DNA of 64,000 nucleotides from Acholeplasmataceae bacterium. Lineage in GTDB: Bacteria; Bacillota_I; Bacilli_A; Acholeplasmatales; Acholeplasmataceae. The stretch is taken from positions 192,001 through 256,000 of the forward strand of contig OY775910.1 of assembly GCA_963675245.1 (NCBI GenBank), given 5' to 3'. Shown in pieces: positions 48,698-58,378 of this stretch (its first letter is position 1; each line of letters starts with the position of its first letter). The notes beneath the pieces are model-generated. The model did not search any database and was not told where the DNA came from. It saw nothing but the letters and a program-made list of their open reading frames with translations. The translations under genes were made by a program, and so were the position numbers.

Positions 48698-49267
48698 TTA
48701 CATAGATTTAAAGATTATATGTCTATTTTTTATAAAATAATCGACACCGGAAACAATCGTCATGAGAATAGCGATATAAAATACGATATCTCCAATCCAG
48801 TGTGTTAAACCAAAATCATTAAACAATAAAATGATGAGAGCAACCATCGTTACTGCTGTTTTTATCTTTCCATAAATGGATGCAGCAATCACATCACCTT
48901 TTTCAACTGCCATCAGGCGAATTGTTGTGACGATGAATTCTCTTGTGATGACAATTGCGACTGCCCAAACAGGGACTCTTGATGTCATTGTTACCATCAG
49001 ATAAAGCATCGCTGTGATCACAAGCACTTTATCAGCAATCGGATCTAAAAACTTTCCGAAGGTCGTAATTTGGTTATAACGTCTAGCGATTTGACCATCA
49101 AGAAAATCAGTTAACGTCCCTAAAATAAACAAACACGCAAAAATAAAACCACCTATCGTTAAGTTGAAAAAGCCTATTTCAGCTTTAAGGGGTTCGATGT
49201 AAATGATCACTAACATTATCGGAATCAACACAAAGCGTGAAATCGTCAATTTATTTGCTGTCGTCAT
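48698..49267 (-). CDS. pgsA: CDP-diacylglycerol--glycerol-3-phosphate phosphatidyltransferase
   Basis: [23 protein letters not shown]-alcohol phosphotransferase motif. Confidence 0.95.
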   Translation of the reverse strand: MTTANKLTISRFVLIPIMLVIIYIEPLKAEIGFFNLTIGGFIFACLFILGTLTDFLDGQIARRYNQITTFGKFLDPIADKVLVITAMLYLMVTMTSRVPVWAVAIVITREFIVTTIRLMAVEKGDVIAASIYGKIKTAVTMVALIILLFNDFGLTHWIGDIVFYIAILMTIVSGVDYFIKNRHIIFKSM

Positions 49268-49323
49268 CTCTAACATCCTATCTTTCTTTTCACTTATATT
49301 TTACCATAAATATGCGTTTATTG

Positions 49324-49352
49324 TTGCAATTTACGGTTTCGTTTGATACAAT
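49324..49352 (+). promoter_or_regulatory. Sigma-A promoter of rpsT
   Basis: TTGCAA-N17-TACAAT with extended TG. Confidence 0.75.
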
Positions 49353-49380
49353 AGTTGTGCACATGCCAGGAGGTGAAATT

Positions 49381-49644
49381 GTGGCTAATATTAAACAACA
49401 AATTAAACGTAATAAGACAAACGAAAAACGTCGTTTACAGAATGCAGCATTCAAGTCTTCTGTGAAATCAGCAGTGAAGGCTGTTGAAGCAGCTGTGGAA
49501 GCTGGTAACAAAGAACTTGCAGTTGAAAAACTTGCATTCGCGCATAAGAAACTAGACAAAGGTCTTGCGAAAGGTATCTATCACAAGAACTTCGTCGCTA
49601 GACATAAATCACAGTTATCGCTTCTTGTTAACAGTTTAACTTAA
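49381..49644 (+). CDS. rpsT: 30S ribosomal protein S20
   Basis: (M)ANIKQQIKR..KGIYHKN..ARHKS; GTG start after AGGAGGTG. Confidence 0.96.
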   Translation: MANIKQQIKRNKTNEKRRLQNAAFKSSVKSAVKAVEAAVEAGNKELAVEKLAFAHKKLDKGLAKGIYHKNFVARHKSQLSLLVNSLT

Positions 49645-49674
49645 AGAGAGAGCATCTAGGATGCTTTTCTTTTT
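49643..49674 (+). terminator. Terminator after rpsT
   Basis: AGAGAGCATC-TAG-GATGCTTTTCT then T-run. Confidence 0.75.
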
Positions 49675-49731
49675 ATATCAAAGATGATGTTTGGTAGAAT
49701 GAATACACAATATGATTTAAGGTGGTTAAAC

Positions 49732-50223
49732 ATGTCTTATAAACGTATATTATCTTCACTACTATTAGGGATTCTAGTTTTCAGTTTAAGTGGCTGTTTT
49801 GTATCTGTTGATTCATATGCGTTTGATATCTCAGATATTCAACGTATAGATGTTATTGAAATCAATATTGATGATCGCGAAAGTGATACAGTTCTAATCA
49901 GCTTTGAGAACCTTACTGAAGAAGATCAACTCACACAAGATATTTATACATTACTTGAATCTCATACCTATATCACAATGGCAGATTATCAAAGACAACG
50001 ACGATATGTTAGTGTCAATTCTCTTTATCCGAAAATTGTGGTGATCACGACGATTGACCATACGTATACAATGGGATTGGCTAGAATGGCTTATCCTCAT
50101 TTAGACCATGATGATTACGAAGAAAAAGCAGTTATTTTATCAGATGAGCTTGAACCATTACAAGTTATGGGTAATCCGCTATTTACTGACTTACTTGAAT
50201 TATTAGATATCGCATTCGATTAA
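49732..50223 (+). CDS. Hypothetical lipoprotein
   Basis: Start ATG 49732 after AAGGTGG; signal peptide with lipobox LSGC. Confidence 0.75.
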   Translation: MSYKRILSSLLLGILVFSLSGCFVSVDSYAFDISDIQRIDVIEINIDDRESDTVLISFENLTEEDQLTQDIYTLLESHTYITMADYQRQRRYVSVNSLYPKIVVITTIDHTYTMGLARMAYPHLDHDDYEEKAVILSDELEPLQVMGNPLFTDLLELLDIAFD

Positions 50224-50249
50224 AGGCAATCCGAAGATTGCCTTTTTTT
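50222..50249. terminator. Bidirectional terminator
   Basis: AAAGGCAATC-CGAA-GATTGCCTTT plus T-run. Confidence 0.85.
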
Positions 50250-50910
50250 ATTGAAACTTTTTTTCAATTTCTCTTCTACCACCATATTGGGCAATATATT
50301 GAACATGTGTTAATTTAATACCACTGACACCATATTTTTGATTATAGCCAATCTTATTGACATATAGACTAATATTAGGTTGAATATCATTCATGCGTTT
50401 CAAGACTTCAAGGGTAGCTTTAATATCATCTAACGCCCTATGTGTGTTAGGTTCTTCAATGTGGTATGTAGCTACAGCACTTTCTAACCTATGTGGATAG
50501 CCGTGTCTATCTTTATAAACAGCCATCACATCTAATAAGTCATTTTTAATCCAAAAATTAGGTTGCCAATACTTTCTAAAAAGTGATGTTAAAAACCCAA
50601 TATCAAATTGAATATTATAAGCGACTAATAGTGTTTTTTCATCTTTATATAATTCTAAGAGTTTATGGCATGCCTCTTCTTGTGGTATACCTTCCCTTAA
50701 TAACATCTCATCAGTAATATGCGTGATATCTGTGATTTTAGGTGGTAGTGGGCCATCAGCCATGACAAGCTCTTGCATGTCACCTGTAACAACATATGTA
50801 CCGTTCACTCTTTCTAATACAATCGCACCAATTTCAATAATTTGATCACGCATGGCATTAAGCCCTGTCGTTTCAAAATCAAATAGTAATATTCTATCAT
50901 GTGTAAACAT
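50248..50910 (-). CDS. DEDDh 3'-5' exonuclease (DnaQ/epsilon-like)
   Basis: FDFETTG, AYNIQFD, HRALDD. Confidence 0.9.
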   Translation of the reverse strand: MFTHDRILLFDFETTGLNAMRDQIIEIGAIVLERVNGTYVVTGDMQELVMADGPLPPKITDITHITDEMLLREGIPQEEACHKLLELYKDEKTLLVAYNIQFDIGFLTSLFRKYWQPNFWIKNDLLDVMAVYKDRHGYPHRLESAVATYHIEEPNTHRALDDIKATLEVLKRMNDIQPNISLYVNKIGYNQKYGVSGIKLTHVQYIAQYGGRREIEKKFQ

Positions 50911-50914
50911 GAGA

Positions 50915-51862
50915 TCACACTCCTAACAAGTAAAGCTCAACACCGAGCTTTTTATCTATATTACCTGACTTGATATCAAAATCAAGCTGGCCTAATTTTT
51001 GTAAATGAGATTCTAATAAATTCACGTTGACATCTTTCGCATTTTTAACCATATAATATGCTCTACCATTAGAGATGTGAAAGTAACTAGCAATTTCATC
51101 TTGACGCATACCTTTATCAATTAATAGTTTTGCATGCATTAATTCTCTAATCTTATTCACAATGAAATTAAGAATACGTAATGGATCCTCATTTTTCGCA
51201 ATCAAATCATGGTAAATTTCGATAGTCTTTGCTTGATTATTAGATAGTAATGCATTCGTAAGTTCATAAATGTGTTCTTCTAAATTACGACTTACCAGTT
51301 TCATCACATCGATTTCTTTAATCTGCTTTTCATCAATCGTATATAACTCTAGTTTTTCAGCTTCTTGATTTAAAAGTGTGAAGTCATAACTGGTTCTTTC
51401 TAGCAATGCTTCAATGGCAGCATCTGTAATCTGATAACCATCTTTATCAAATATCTCTTTAACAAATCCAGGATATTCTTCTTGTTTTGGAATTTTAATT
51501 TCCTCAATATAGGCATACTTATTGATCGCCTCCCCAATTGGATGGGTTGAAGGAATGTTTTCAGCAAGTTCTAATATTAAAACAACATCCGGATTTGGTT
51601 TTTCGAAGTAAGTCACCCACGCTTTAATAATCGATTGTGGATCATCTAAGATCGCTTCCAAGTGTCTGACGACAATGACCTTTAATTCTGAAAAAAAAGA
51701 AATGGTTTGTAAATCCTCTAAAACATCTTCAGAAGACCCTTCAGATAAATCATAACGCATAAAATTAAAGGGATCAACGCCTAACTTTGCAACACGTTCA
51801 TCGACTGCTTTTCTTAGTAAGTATTCGTTTGTTGATTGAAAGACATAAATTGAATCTGCCAT
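50915..51862 (-). CDS. holA: DNA polymerase III subunit delta
   Basis: QEAEKL, D..IKSG motifs; comEC-holA-rpsT synteny. Confidence 0.92.
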   Translation of the reverse strand: MADSIYVFQSTNEYLLRKAVDERVAKLGVDPFNFMRYDLSEGSSEDVLEDLQTISFFSELKVIVVRHLEAILDDPQSIIKAWVTYFEKPNPDVVLILELAENIPSTHPIGEAINKYAYIEEIKIPKQEEYPGFVKEIFDKDGYQITDAAIEALLERTSYDFTLLNQEAEKLELYTIDEKQIKEIDVMKLVSRNLEEHIYELTNALLSNNQAKTIEIYHDLIAKNEDPLRILNFIVNKIRELMHAKLLIDKGMRQDEIASYFHISNGRAYYMVKNAKDVNVNLLESHLQKLGQLDFDIKSGNIDKKLGVELYLLGV

Positions 51863-51897
51863 CTGTTAACGCTCCATTTCTATATGGTTACATTATA

Positions 51898-53994
51898 CTA
51901 AAATTCAGTCGAAATTGGTAGCGTTGCTTCCCATAACCTTTGCATATTTTTATATGTGATGATAATCGTTCCTAATTGATCTGTTCGATAAGTGATAATG
52001 TGATGATATAAGAGTGAATTTATGGTTTCTTGATGAGGAAAATCGAAACGATTGTGTCTACCGGCAAAGATGATCGCATAACTGGGTTGGACATATTCAA
52101 TAAACGTCGATGATGTGGATGTCGTTGATCCATGATGTGCAATTTTTAAAATATCACTTTTTAAGTCATGGCCATAATAAGCAATTAAGTCTTGTTCCAC
52201 TTCTTTATGAATATCACCTGTGAATAAATACACATCTTCTTCAATGGTCACTTGAATGACTAAACTATTTAGATTGGCTTCATCATAAGGATGATGTTGT
52301 CCTAAGATATGAAATGATAAATTACCACAAGATAAATATTGATCTGGTTTGGCTTTAATCACTTGTGTTGGATAGTCCTCATAACCATCATCATATGGAT
52401 TGATGACGATACGATCTGCACCTATTTGATGAACGATCTGTGATGCTTCCTTTGTATGATCACTATCGCTATGCGTTAAAAACAAGATGTCTAATTGATT
52501 AATGCCTTGATGTTTTAGAAAATCTGTTGATCCAGAAAAACTATCTATCATCACCTGACATGATCTTGTTTCAATATATGTCGTATCACCTTGTCCAACA
52601 TCTAAAAAATAGACACTCGCATCATTCATATATCTATTCGTTACTAATTTAAAACCAAATAAAGCTGATATCAACGTTAAACGAATGAGCAATTGATATC
52701 TTTTGTAAGCGAATAAAAGATAAATGAACAACGTATAATAAAGTAAAATTTGCCACTGATCAAGAGATGGTAAATAGTATGTTAGATGCGTTGAATTGAT
52801 GATGTCAACAATACGTGTTAAACCATTTAATAACAACCCCATTAAATCATCTAATCTCGTTGTAAAGAAGGCGACAAAAGAAAGCGGATAAACAATACCT
52901 GTCACGTAAATAATTAACAATGGAAGACATATCATAATTAACGGATTAACTAAACCCGTAAATGGTAAACATGCTAAAACAATTAAAAATGACATGACAA
53001 TACGTTTGACATATCCTTGATATGACTGATATCTATCTCTCGCAAGTTCTAGTGTCAATAAGATGATGTTGGTCATTAAAAACCCTATACTATATACCCA
53101 CTGAAAACTGATGATAATCATGATAAAGCCAATAATAAATATCCGATCAAGTGGTGTCAATCTGAGTCTAAATCGTTTATTTATCACATTAAATATTTGG
53201 CTAAACAACAATCTAGTAACACCTATAGCAAACCCATTTAAATAGCATAACAATCCATAAATACTTATGATGACACTCTGTTGAGTATTCTCACCAAAAT
53301 CAAAATAGAACATGATTTTTTTAATTAATAAAACAAGAACATAAGCATGCAAACCTGTTGTTTGACATAAGAAAAGGAGATTTGCCTCTCTAAAAGGATC
53401 ACTTAATTCATCTTCTAGTTGATCTTTACCAAAAATAAATGAATTAACAAACGATTGATGAATGGTCTTCGTATGATCCATTAACCTTTCTCTTAAAGAA
53501 AATATACTAAATTCATGCCTTACAAATGATAAAGATTTGACATTTATTTTACCTATAACATTTTGACTTAAATAATAGCTATTCGCATTAAATCCATTAG
53601 GGATTGTTACTTTTTCATACGTATCGATATCACCATTGACATAAATGATATCCCCTAGTTGAATCTCATCATCATAGACATATACATGATATCGATGTGT
53701 CTTATAACGAATCGTTAGTCTTGAACTTGTTTCATAACGATCGATATCTACAACTTTCACAGAATCATTGATATATGTGATTTGTTGATGACTAGAAAAC
53801 AGAAAATATCTACTTAGTAATAATACGACGATTACAGCAAATAGTTGCCATCTCATAGTTTTTCTTTGCCAATAAACATAACCACACAATATCAATAAAC
53901 AAAACGGTACTGAAAAACTAATGATCATTAAACCAATAGCAATCCCCTCAATGTATAGATCATGATACCGTAAGGTAAGCTTTGATTTGTTCAA
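51898..53994 (-). CDS. comEC: Competence protein ComEC/Rec2
   Basis: OB-like N domain (NGFN), TGLH, multiple TMs, MBL domain LDVGQGD, THSDSDH, FTGD, HHGS; start uncertain. Confidence 0.9.
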   Translation of the reverse strand: MNKSKLTLRYHDLYIEGIAIGLMIISFSVPFCLLILCGYVYWQRKTMRWQLFAVIVVLLLSRYFLFSSHQQITYINDSVKVVDIDRYETSSRLTIRYKTHRYHVYVYDDEIQLGDIIYVNGDIDTYEKVTIPNGFNANSYYLSQNVIGKINVKSLSFVRHEFSIFSLRERLMDHTKTIHQSFVNSFIFGKDQLEDELSDPFREANLLFLCQTTGLHAYVLVLLIKKIMFYFDFGENTQQSVIISIYGLLCYLNGFAIGVTRLLFSQIFNVINKRFRLRLTPLDRIFIIGFIMIIISFQWVYSIGFLMTNIILLTLELARDRYQSYQGYVKRIVMSFLIVLACLPFTGLVNPLIMICLPLLIIYVTGIVYPLSFVAFFTTRLDDLMGLLLNGLTRIVDIINSTHLTYYLPSLDQWQILLYYTLFIYLLFAYKRYQLLIRLTLISALFGFKLVTNRYMNDASVYFLDVGQGDTTYIETRSCQVMIDSFSGSTDFLKHQGINQLDILFLTHSDSDHTKEASQIVHQIGADRIVINPYDDGYEDYPTQVIKAKPDQYLSCGNLSFHILGQHHPYDEANLNSLVIQVTIEEDVYLFTGDIHKEVEQDLIAYYGHDLKSDILKIAHHGSTTSTSSTFIEYVQPSYAIIFAGRHNRFDFPHQETINSLLYHHIITYRTDQLGTIIITYKNMQRLWEATLPISTEF

Positions 53995-54469
53995 GTGTAG
54001 CTGCTCCTATATATTTCACATTAATGAGCTCATCTAGTGATTGGAAATCACCATGTTCTTCTCTATACATGATTAAATAAGCCACCCGTGATTCAGACAT
54101 ATAAGGTACATTGAGTAATTCTGAAAAGCTAGCTTCATTCACATTGACTAATATATTTATAGGTTTAACTTCTTCATCATGACGGTTAATATTTAAGGTT
54201 GTGTTACTTGAAATCACTTGATGAAAGGGTATCGTTGCATCATCAGCGAGATCCGTTAATCCTTTTGACATCATAATCACATCACTTACAGTTACATCAT
54301 TAAAGAAACGAAACGTTTTTGGCATATTGACTTCTCCATTAACCATCACATCATATGACTCAATCGTGACTGGTCCTCGATAGACTTCTTCATCTATTGT
54401 CTGTGTCGGAAATGTAAAGTATACACCTACAATGATAGCCAACAATACAATTAACAATTTTTGTCTCAT
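53960..54469 (-). CDS. comEA: Competence protein ComEA
   Basis: N-terminal TM, SLBB-like GEVNMP, HhH VNVNEAS..YREEHGDF..VKYIG. Confidence 0.88.
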   Translation of the reverse strand: MRQKLLIVLLAIIVGVYFTFPTQTIDEEVYRGPVTIESYDVMVNGEVNMPKTFRFFNDVTVSDVIMMSKGLTDLADDATIPFHQVISSNTTLNINRHDEEVKPINILVNVNEASFSELLNVPYMSESRVAYLIMYREEHGDFQSLDELINVKYIGAATLEQIKAYLTVS

Positions 54470-54514
54470 ATTTATACCTCCGCATCATACTATGCAACAA
54501 CTGCCTAAAATACT

Positions 54515-54555
54515 AAAAAAAAACTTAATATTGATAACCTATCAACACTAAGTCT
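54515..54555 (-). terminator. Terminator after lipoprotein gene
   Basis: GACTTAGTGTTGATA..TATCAATATTAAGTT stem (G-U pairs) and T-run on the minus strand. Confidence 0.65.
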
Positions 54556-54575
54556 TAAATTTTGAATTTTTTTAT

Positions 54576-55163
54576 TTAATTTAACGTTTCAGAAGTAGAC
54601 ACGTTAATGATAATGGATGTATCAATCCAGTCATTACTTTCTAATGTCGTTCCCTGATAAAATGCAACTTGTAAAATATAATCCCCTGGTGGCATAATTT
54701 CTCTATCATTCACACCTTCAATTGTATAGAAGTATAAATAATTAAATTGAATTTCTTTTGTTAGAGTTTCTCCGCGATTAAGTGTAATTTCATCCACAGC
54801 AGGTTGTGAAAAAATGCCGTCAAATTGAGTATATAATCTGATTGAATGATCTGTTAATAATACAAATCTAGCTTGTATTACTGCAGCATCACCTTCATAA
54901 TGTGTGCTAGGTAAAGTAATTTCAAGATTGTTTTGAACAAATAATGATATATTAACAGTTACCAAATCTTCATTGCCTTGTATAGACAATTTATCTATAT
55001 TAACATTGAAGATGACATCATTTAATTCATCAATTGTTTCTTCTGCAGCATAAATCACTGGTTCATCGATAGTTGTGTCATTATTTGGTTCTTCATTATG
55101 TGTTGTATTACTACAACCTACTAATAGAAAGCACATCAAAAATAGTACGAATATTTTATACAT
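54576..55163 (-). CDS. Lipoprotein with Ig-like (BsuPI-like) domain
   Basis: Start ATG 55163 after GGAGG; lipobox LVGC; TLNRGETL and PPGDYIL patterns. Confidence 0.7.
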   Translation of the reverse strand: MYKIFVLFLMCFLLVGCSNTTHNEEPNNDTTIDEPVIYAAEETIDELNDVIFNVNIDKLSIQGNEDLVTVNISLFVQNNLEITLPSTHYEGDAAVIQARFVLLTDHSIRLYTQFDGIFSQPAVDEITLNRGETLTKEIQFNYLYFYTIEGVNDREIMPPGDYILQVAFYQGTTLESNDWIDTSIIINVSTSETLN

Positions 55164-55165
55164 GA

Positions 55166-55889
55166 TTATTCCTCCATCCAAAAAAACGAAATTGACATAT
55201 ACATTGAAGAATTAATTTTATTTGTCATTTGAACACGTAATTTGGTTGTTATTCCCACTGGTATTTCATATTTAATGTATTCATGAATATTCATTGCCAT
55301 TAGTAACATCTTGAATGCTAATATTAATTACATCAACATAATTATCATCCGATAAATCGAAGGCTTGAAATAACTCCAATTCAGTAATAATAGAAGATTG
55401 AAAAACTCGTGCACCAGTTGCTATACCTTCAAATACTGTATTATTATATGTGGTTGGTTGTCCGACAATTATACTTGTAACAAGTGAAGGGTGATGTGCC
55501 TTACTTGGGAGAACTGACATAACATTTAAATAAGATAATTGCCCAGTAGCATCTGGCACAATTAAACTTGGTGTAGTAGGATTATATCTCAATCCCTCTG
55601 CCTCAATAATACCTATTCTTACACCAGTACCATCATAACCACCTAGTAATATATTTTTTAGTCCCGGAGATTGTGTAGTGCCATAACCAGCATTAATTTG
55701 ATTTGGAATTAAGTTTGTGGAACTTTTTAAAATTTTATTATTAAATTCAGTAATATTTACTGTTTTATCATCATAAACTACAGATAGAATTTCTTCTTTA
55801 TTTAATGACAAAATTAATGTTGCAGTATTAGGACTATTATATATTACATTTCCATTATCAATCCTGTGTTTTAATATAAATTCATTATA
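55166..55889 (-). pseudogene. S8 (subtilase) peptidase relic, 5'-truncated with internal deletion/frameshift
   Basis: DGTGVRIGIIE, HHPSLVTSII, GIATGA, DVINIS motifs; no catalytic Ser region; no RBS/ATG; 37-codon tail in another frame ends at TAA 55166 beside the lipoprotein start. Confidence 0.75.
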
Positions 55890-56045
55890 TTACAACAAAT
55901 AAATAAAATCAAACTAACTTAAATTCTCTTAAAAAGCAAAAAATTGACGATGAATTAAGCAAAATCAAATAATTTTCTCATTTAAATCTATTTTTCAATA
56001 TTTAGCATAATAATTATGAAATGCAAAAAAGACGCTTCATGTGCC

Positions 56046-56846
56046 TTATTTATCAAAATCAATTGCTTTTAGTTTATCCATATCTTCATTTGTAATAACA
56101 AAATCAATATTTAAATTTTCTTCCATATGAGAAGGATTACTTGTTTTAGGTAATGTCACCAGTCCTAATTGTAATGTGTATTTAATAAATAATTGAGGAA
56201 CGGAGACTTTATATTGATCAGCAATCTTCTTGATCGCTTCATTGTGATTTTCTCTTCCCCTAGCAATCGGTGAATACGCTTCTACAACAATACCTTCTTT
56301 TTGACAGAATGCAATGAGTTCAAGTGGCGTATGACCAATATGAACTCTTATTTGATTGACCATAGGTTTAATCTCTGCATGTTCTATTAAATGTTTCAAA
56401 TCTTCAATTTCAAAGTTTGACACACCAATCGCTTTTAATTTACCTTGTTTATATGCATCTTCATAGGCACGCCACATCTTTAAGTTTTCATTAAAGTAAT
56501 GTTTGTTTTTACTCGCAAAAATTTGTGGTCTTGGCCAGTGAATGAGCATTAAATCGAAATAGTCTAAGCCTGAACGTTTCAGTGATTTTTCAATCGCTTT
56601 TACAGGATTTCTATATGTGAAAAAGCCTGGAAATATTTTACTTGTGACAAAGAGGTCTTCACGTGGCAAACCACATGATCTAATACCATCACCTACACCT
56701 TGTTCATTAAAATAAACCCGTGCTGAATCGAAATGCCTATATCCGACTTTAACTGCTTCTTGAACAGCTTCTGATGCCACACTGTTTTTGATGTTCCATG
56801 TACCTAATCCAATATTAGGAATGTCTTTTCCGTTGTTTAATTTCAT
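56046..56846 (-). CDS. Aldo/keto reductase
   Basis: GLGTW, GYRHFDSA..Y, TSK, LIHWP, IGVSNF, AYSP. Confidence 0.93.
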   Translation of the reverse strand: MKLNNGKDIPNIGLGTWNIKNSVASEAVQEAVKVGYRHFDSARVYFNEQGVGDGIRSCGLPREDLFVTSKIFPGFFTYRNPVKAIEKSLKRSGLDYFDLMLIHWPRPQIFASKNKHYFNENLKMWRAYEDAYKQGKLKAIGVSNFEIEDLKHLIEHAEIKPMVNQIRVHIGHTPLELIAFCQKEGIVVEAYSPIARGRENHNEAIKKIADQYKVSVPQLFIKYTLQLGLVTLPKTSNPSHMEENLNIDFVITNEDMDKLKAIDFDK

Positions 56847-57499
56847 ATTTTCTCACCTTTCTTAGCTATCACATACCACTTTCTAGAATCAACACCTTCT
56901 TCAATGAAGACATTAAATCCAAGTGATACTAATTGTTCCTTGATTATGTCTATAGGGTGAACATATTGTGTAATATGCTCGATTTGATGATTAAAAGAAA
57001 CTTCATGTTTAAATTTATGGTGATCAGATGTGATCTTCCAATGGTAAGGAATAGGATCATCACCAGATTCAATATACCCATCATATGTTTCTAAGACATC
57101 TTCTTTATAGCAATCAAACATATAAACACCACCTGTGTTTAAAGCTTGATACATACGTTTAAATAAACCTTTTGTCCCTTTAAAATAATTTACAACATCA
57201 AAAAAGCTCGTAATCACATCAACCTTCATCGTTAACGGATCTTTTAAATCATGAACAAATAAAGGTGCATAGAGTTGTTCTTCTTTTAGTTTTTCAAGTG
57301 CAATAGCCAACATCTCTTCATCTTTGTCAATACCATATGCATGTTCACCATGTCTTATGAGTTCCAACAAAAAATTACCAGAACCGCATCCAGCATCAAT
57401 GACGATCGGATGTTCTTTTGGTTTGTGCGCTTCATAAAATGCATAAATGAGTGAATAGTCGACATCTGCCATCAGCGCATCATAGAACTTGGCAAACAT
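56843..57499 (-). CDS. Class I SAM-dependent methyltransferase (YqeM-like)
   Basis: FAKFYDALM, DAGCGSG; follows rsfS. Confidence 0.88.
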   Translation of the reverse strand: MFAKFYDALMADVDYSLIYAFYEAHKPKEHPIVIDAGCGSGNFLLELIRHGEHAYGIDKDEEMLAIALEKLKEEQLYAPLFVHDLKDPLTMKVDVITSFFDVVNYFKGTKGLFKRMYQALNTGGVYMFDCYKEDVLETYDGYIESGDDPIPYHWKITSDHHKFKHEVSFNHQIEHITQYVHPIDIIKEQLVSLGFNVFIEEGVDSRKWYVIAKKGEKI

Positions 57500-57813
57500 T
57501 ATTTAACGCGTTTAATATCAATTAAGCGTTTGTCAAAACCGAAATACTCACGCTCTTCTTCTGAAAATAAGTGAACGACGACACTATTGCAGTCAATTAA
57601 GACCCAGGTGCCACCTTTCCCTTCAATATGTCTTAATTCTTTTTCTCCGACTTCTTTCTTTAATCGGTTGACTGCAGCCGTTCCTTGACGCTCATTAACA
57701 GTCGCAATCACAAAATAATCATAAAAAGGTGATGTTTTTTCAAAATCATAAGCTTTTAAATCTTTAACTTTTAAATCTTCTAACGTTTCGATAATCTTAC
57801 TTAGTAGTGTCAT
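57499..57813 (-). CDS. rsfS: Ribosome silencing factor
   Basis: DYFVIAT, EG..WVLID, VVHLF..REYF. Confidence 0.92.
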   Translation of the reverse strand: MTLLSKIIETLEDLKVKDLKAYDFEKTSPFYDYFVIATVNERQGTAAVNRLKKEVGEKELRHIEGKGGTWVLIDCNSVVVHLFSEEEREYFGFDKRLIDIKRVK

Positions 57814-58378
57814 TTAATAACTCCTTATAATAGTCATAGGCGATGAGTGATGCATGGCTTGGTTCTAATCCTCTTTGATGAAGATCATCAATGCTTGTTT
57901 TCATACAATAAAGTACGGCTTGATTTAGATTACGACATGCTAACTCATAAATATAGTCTCGATCGTCAAATGGTCTTGACGGTTCACAAAAATCAGCAAC
58001 AAATAATATTTTTTCAGATGTTGTCATATGCGGCTTTCCCCAGACATGACATCTGACAGCTGATAATATGGCTTCATCATGACAATCCATGTTCTCTTCG
58101 ATAACGTGTGCTGCAGCATACGCGTGAAAGATGACTGGATGGTCTTTAAACTTACTTATAATATGTTCATCAATAGACTTAATTTGATCATTTAACGAAT
58201 CATATTTTGCATAATCATGCATAAGTCCAGCAATTTCTAGTGCATCAGGGTTCACATGATGGATGATGGCTAGCTTTCTAGCGGTCTCTGCCACACCATA
58301 GGAATGGACGAGGCGATTGGGATAATCTTTTAATTTTTCATCGATGAGCTTTTTAGCTCGTTCAATCATCTGTTTCAT
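57797..58378 (-). CDS. yqeK: HD-domain Ap4A hydrolase YqeK
   Basis: R..HS.GV, HDYAK, FVADFCEP.R; synteny. Confidence 0.9.
   Translation of the reverse strand: MKQMIERAKKLIDEKLKDYPNRLVHSYGVAETARKLAIIHHVNPDALEIAGLMHDYAKYDSLNDQIKSIDEHIISKFKDHPVIFHAYAAAHVIEENMDCHDEAILSAVRCHVWGKPHMTTSEKILFVADFCEPSRPFDDRDYIYELACRNLNQAVLYCMKTSIDDLHQRGLEPSHASLIAYDYYKELLNDTTK

Noticed and set aside
54487..54515. TAGTAT-N17-TAGTAT or alternative-sigma promoter upstream of comEA
   Set aside because: No match to a consensus I can support and no second copy noticed at recA
55272..55283. TGA readthrough (code 4 or selenocysteine) rescuing the S8 gene
   Set aside because: An in-frame TAA follows after two more codons, and TGA ends many conserved genes here (hup, mutL, holA)
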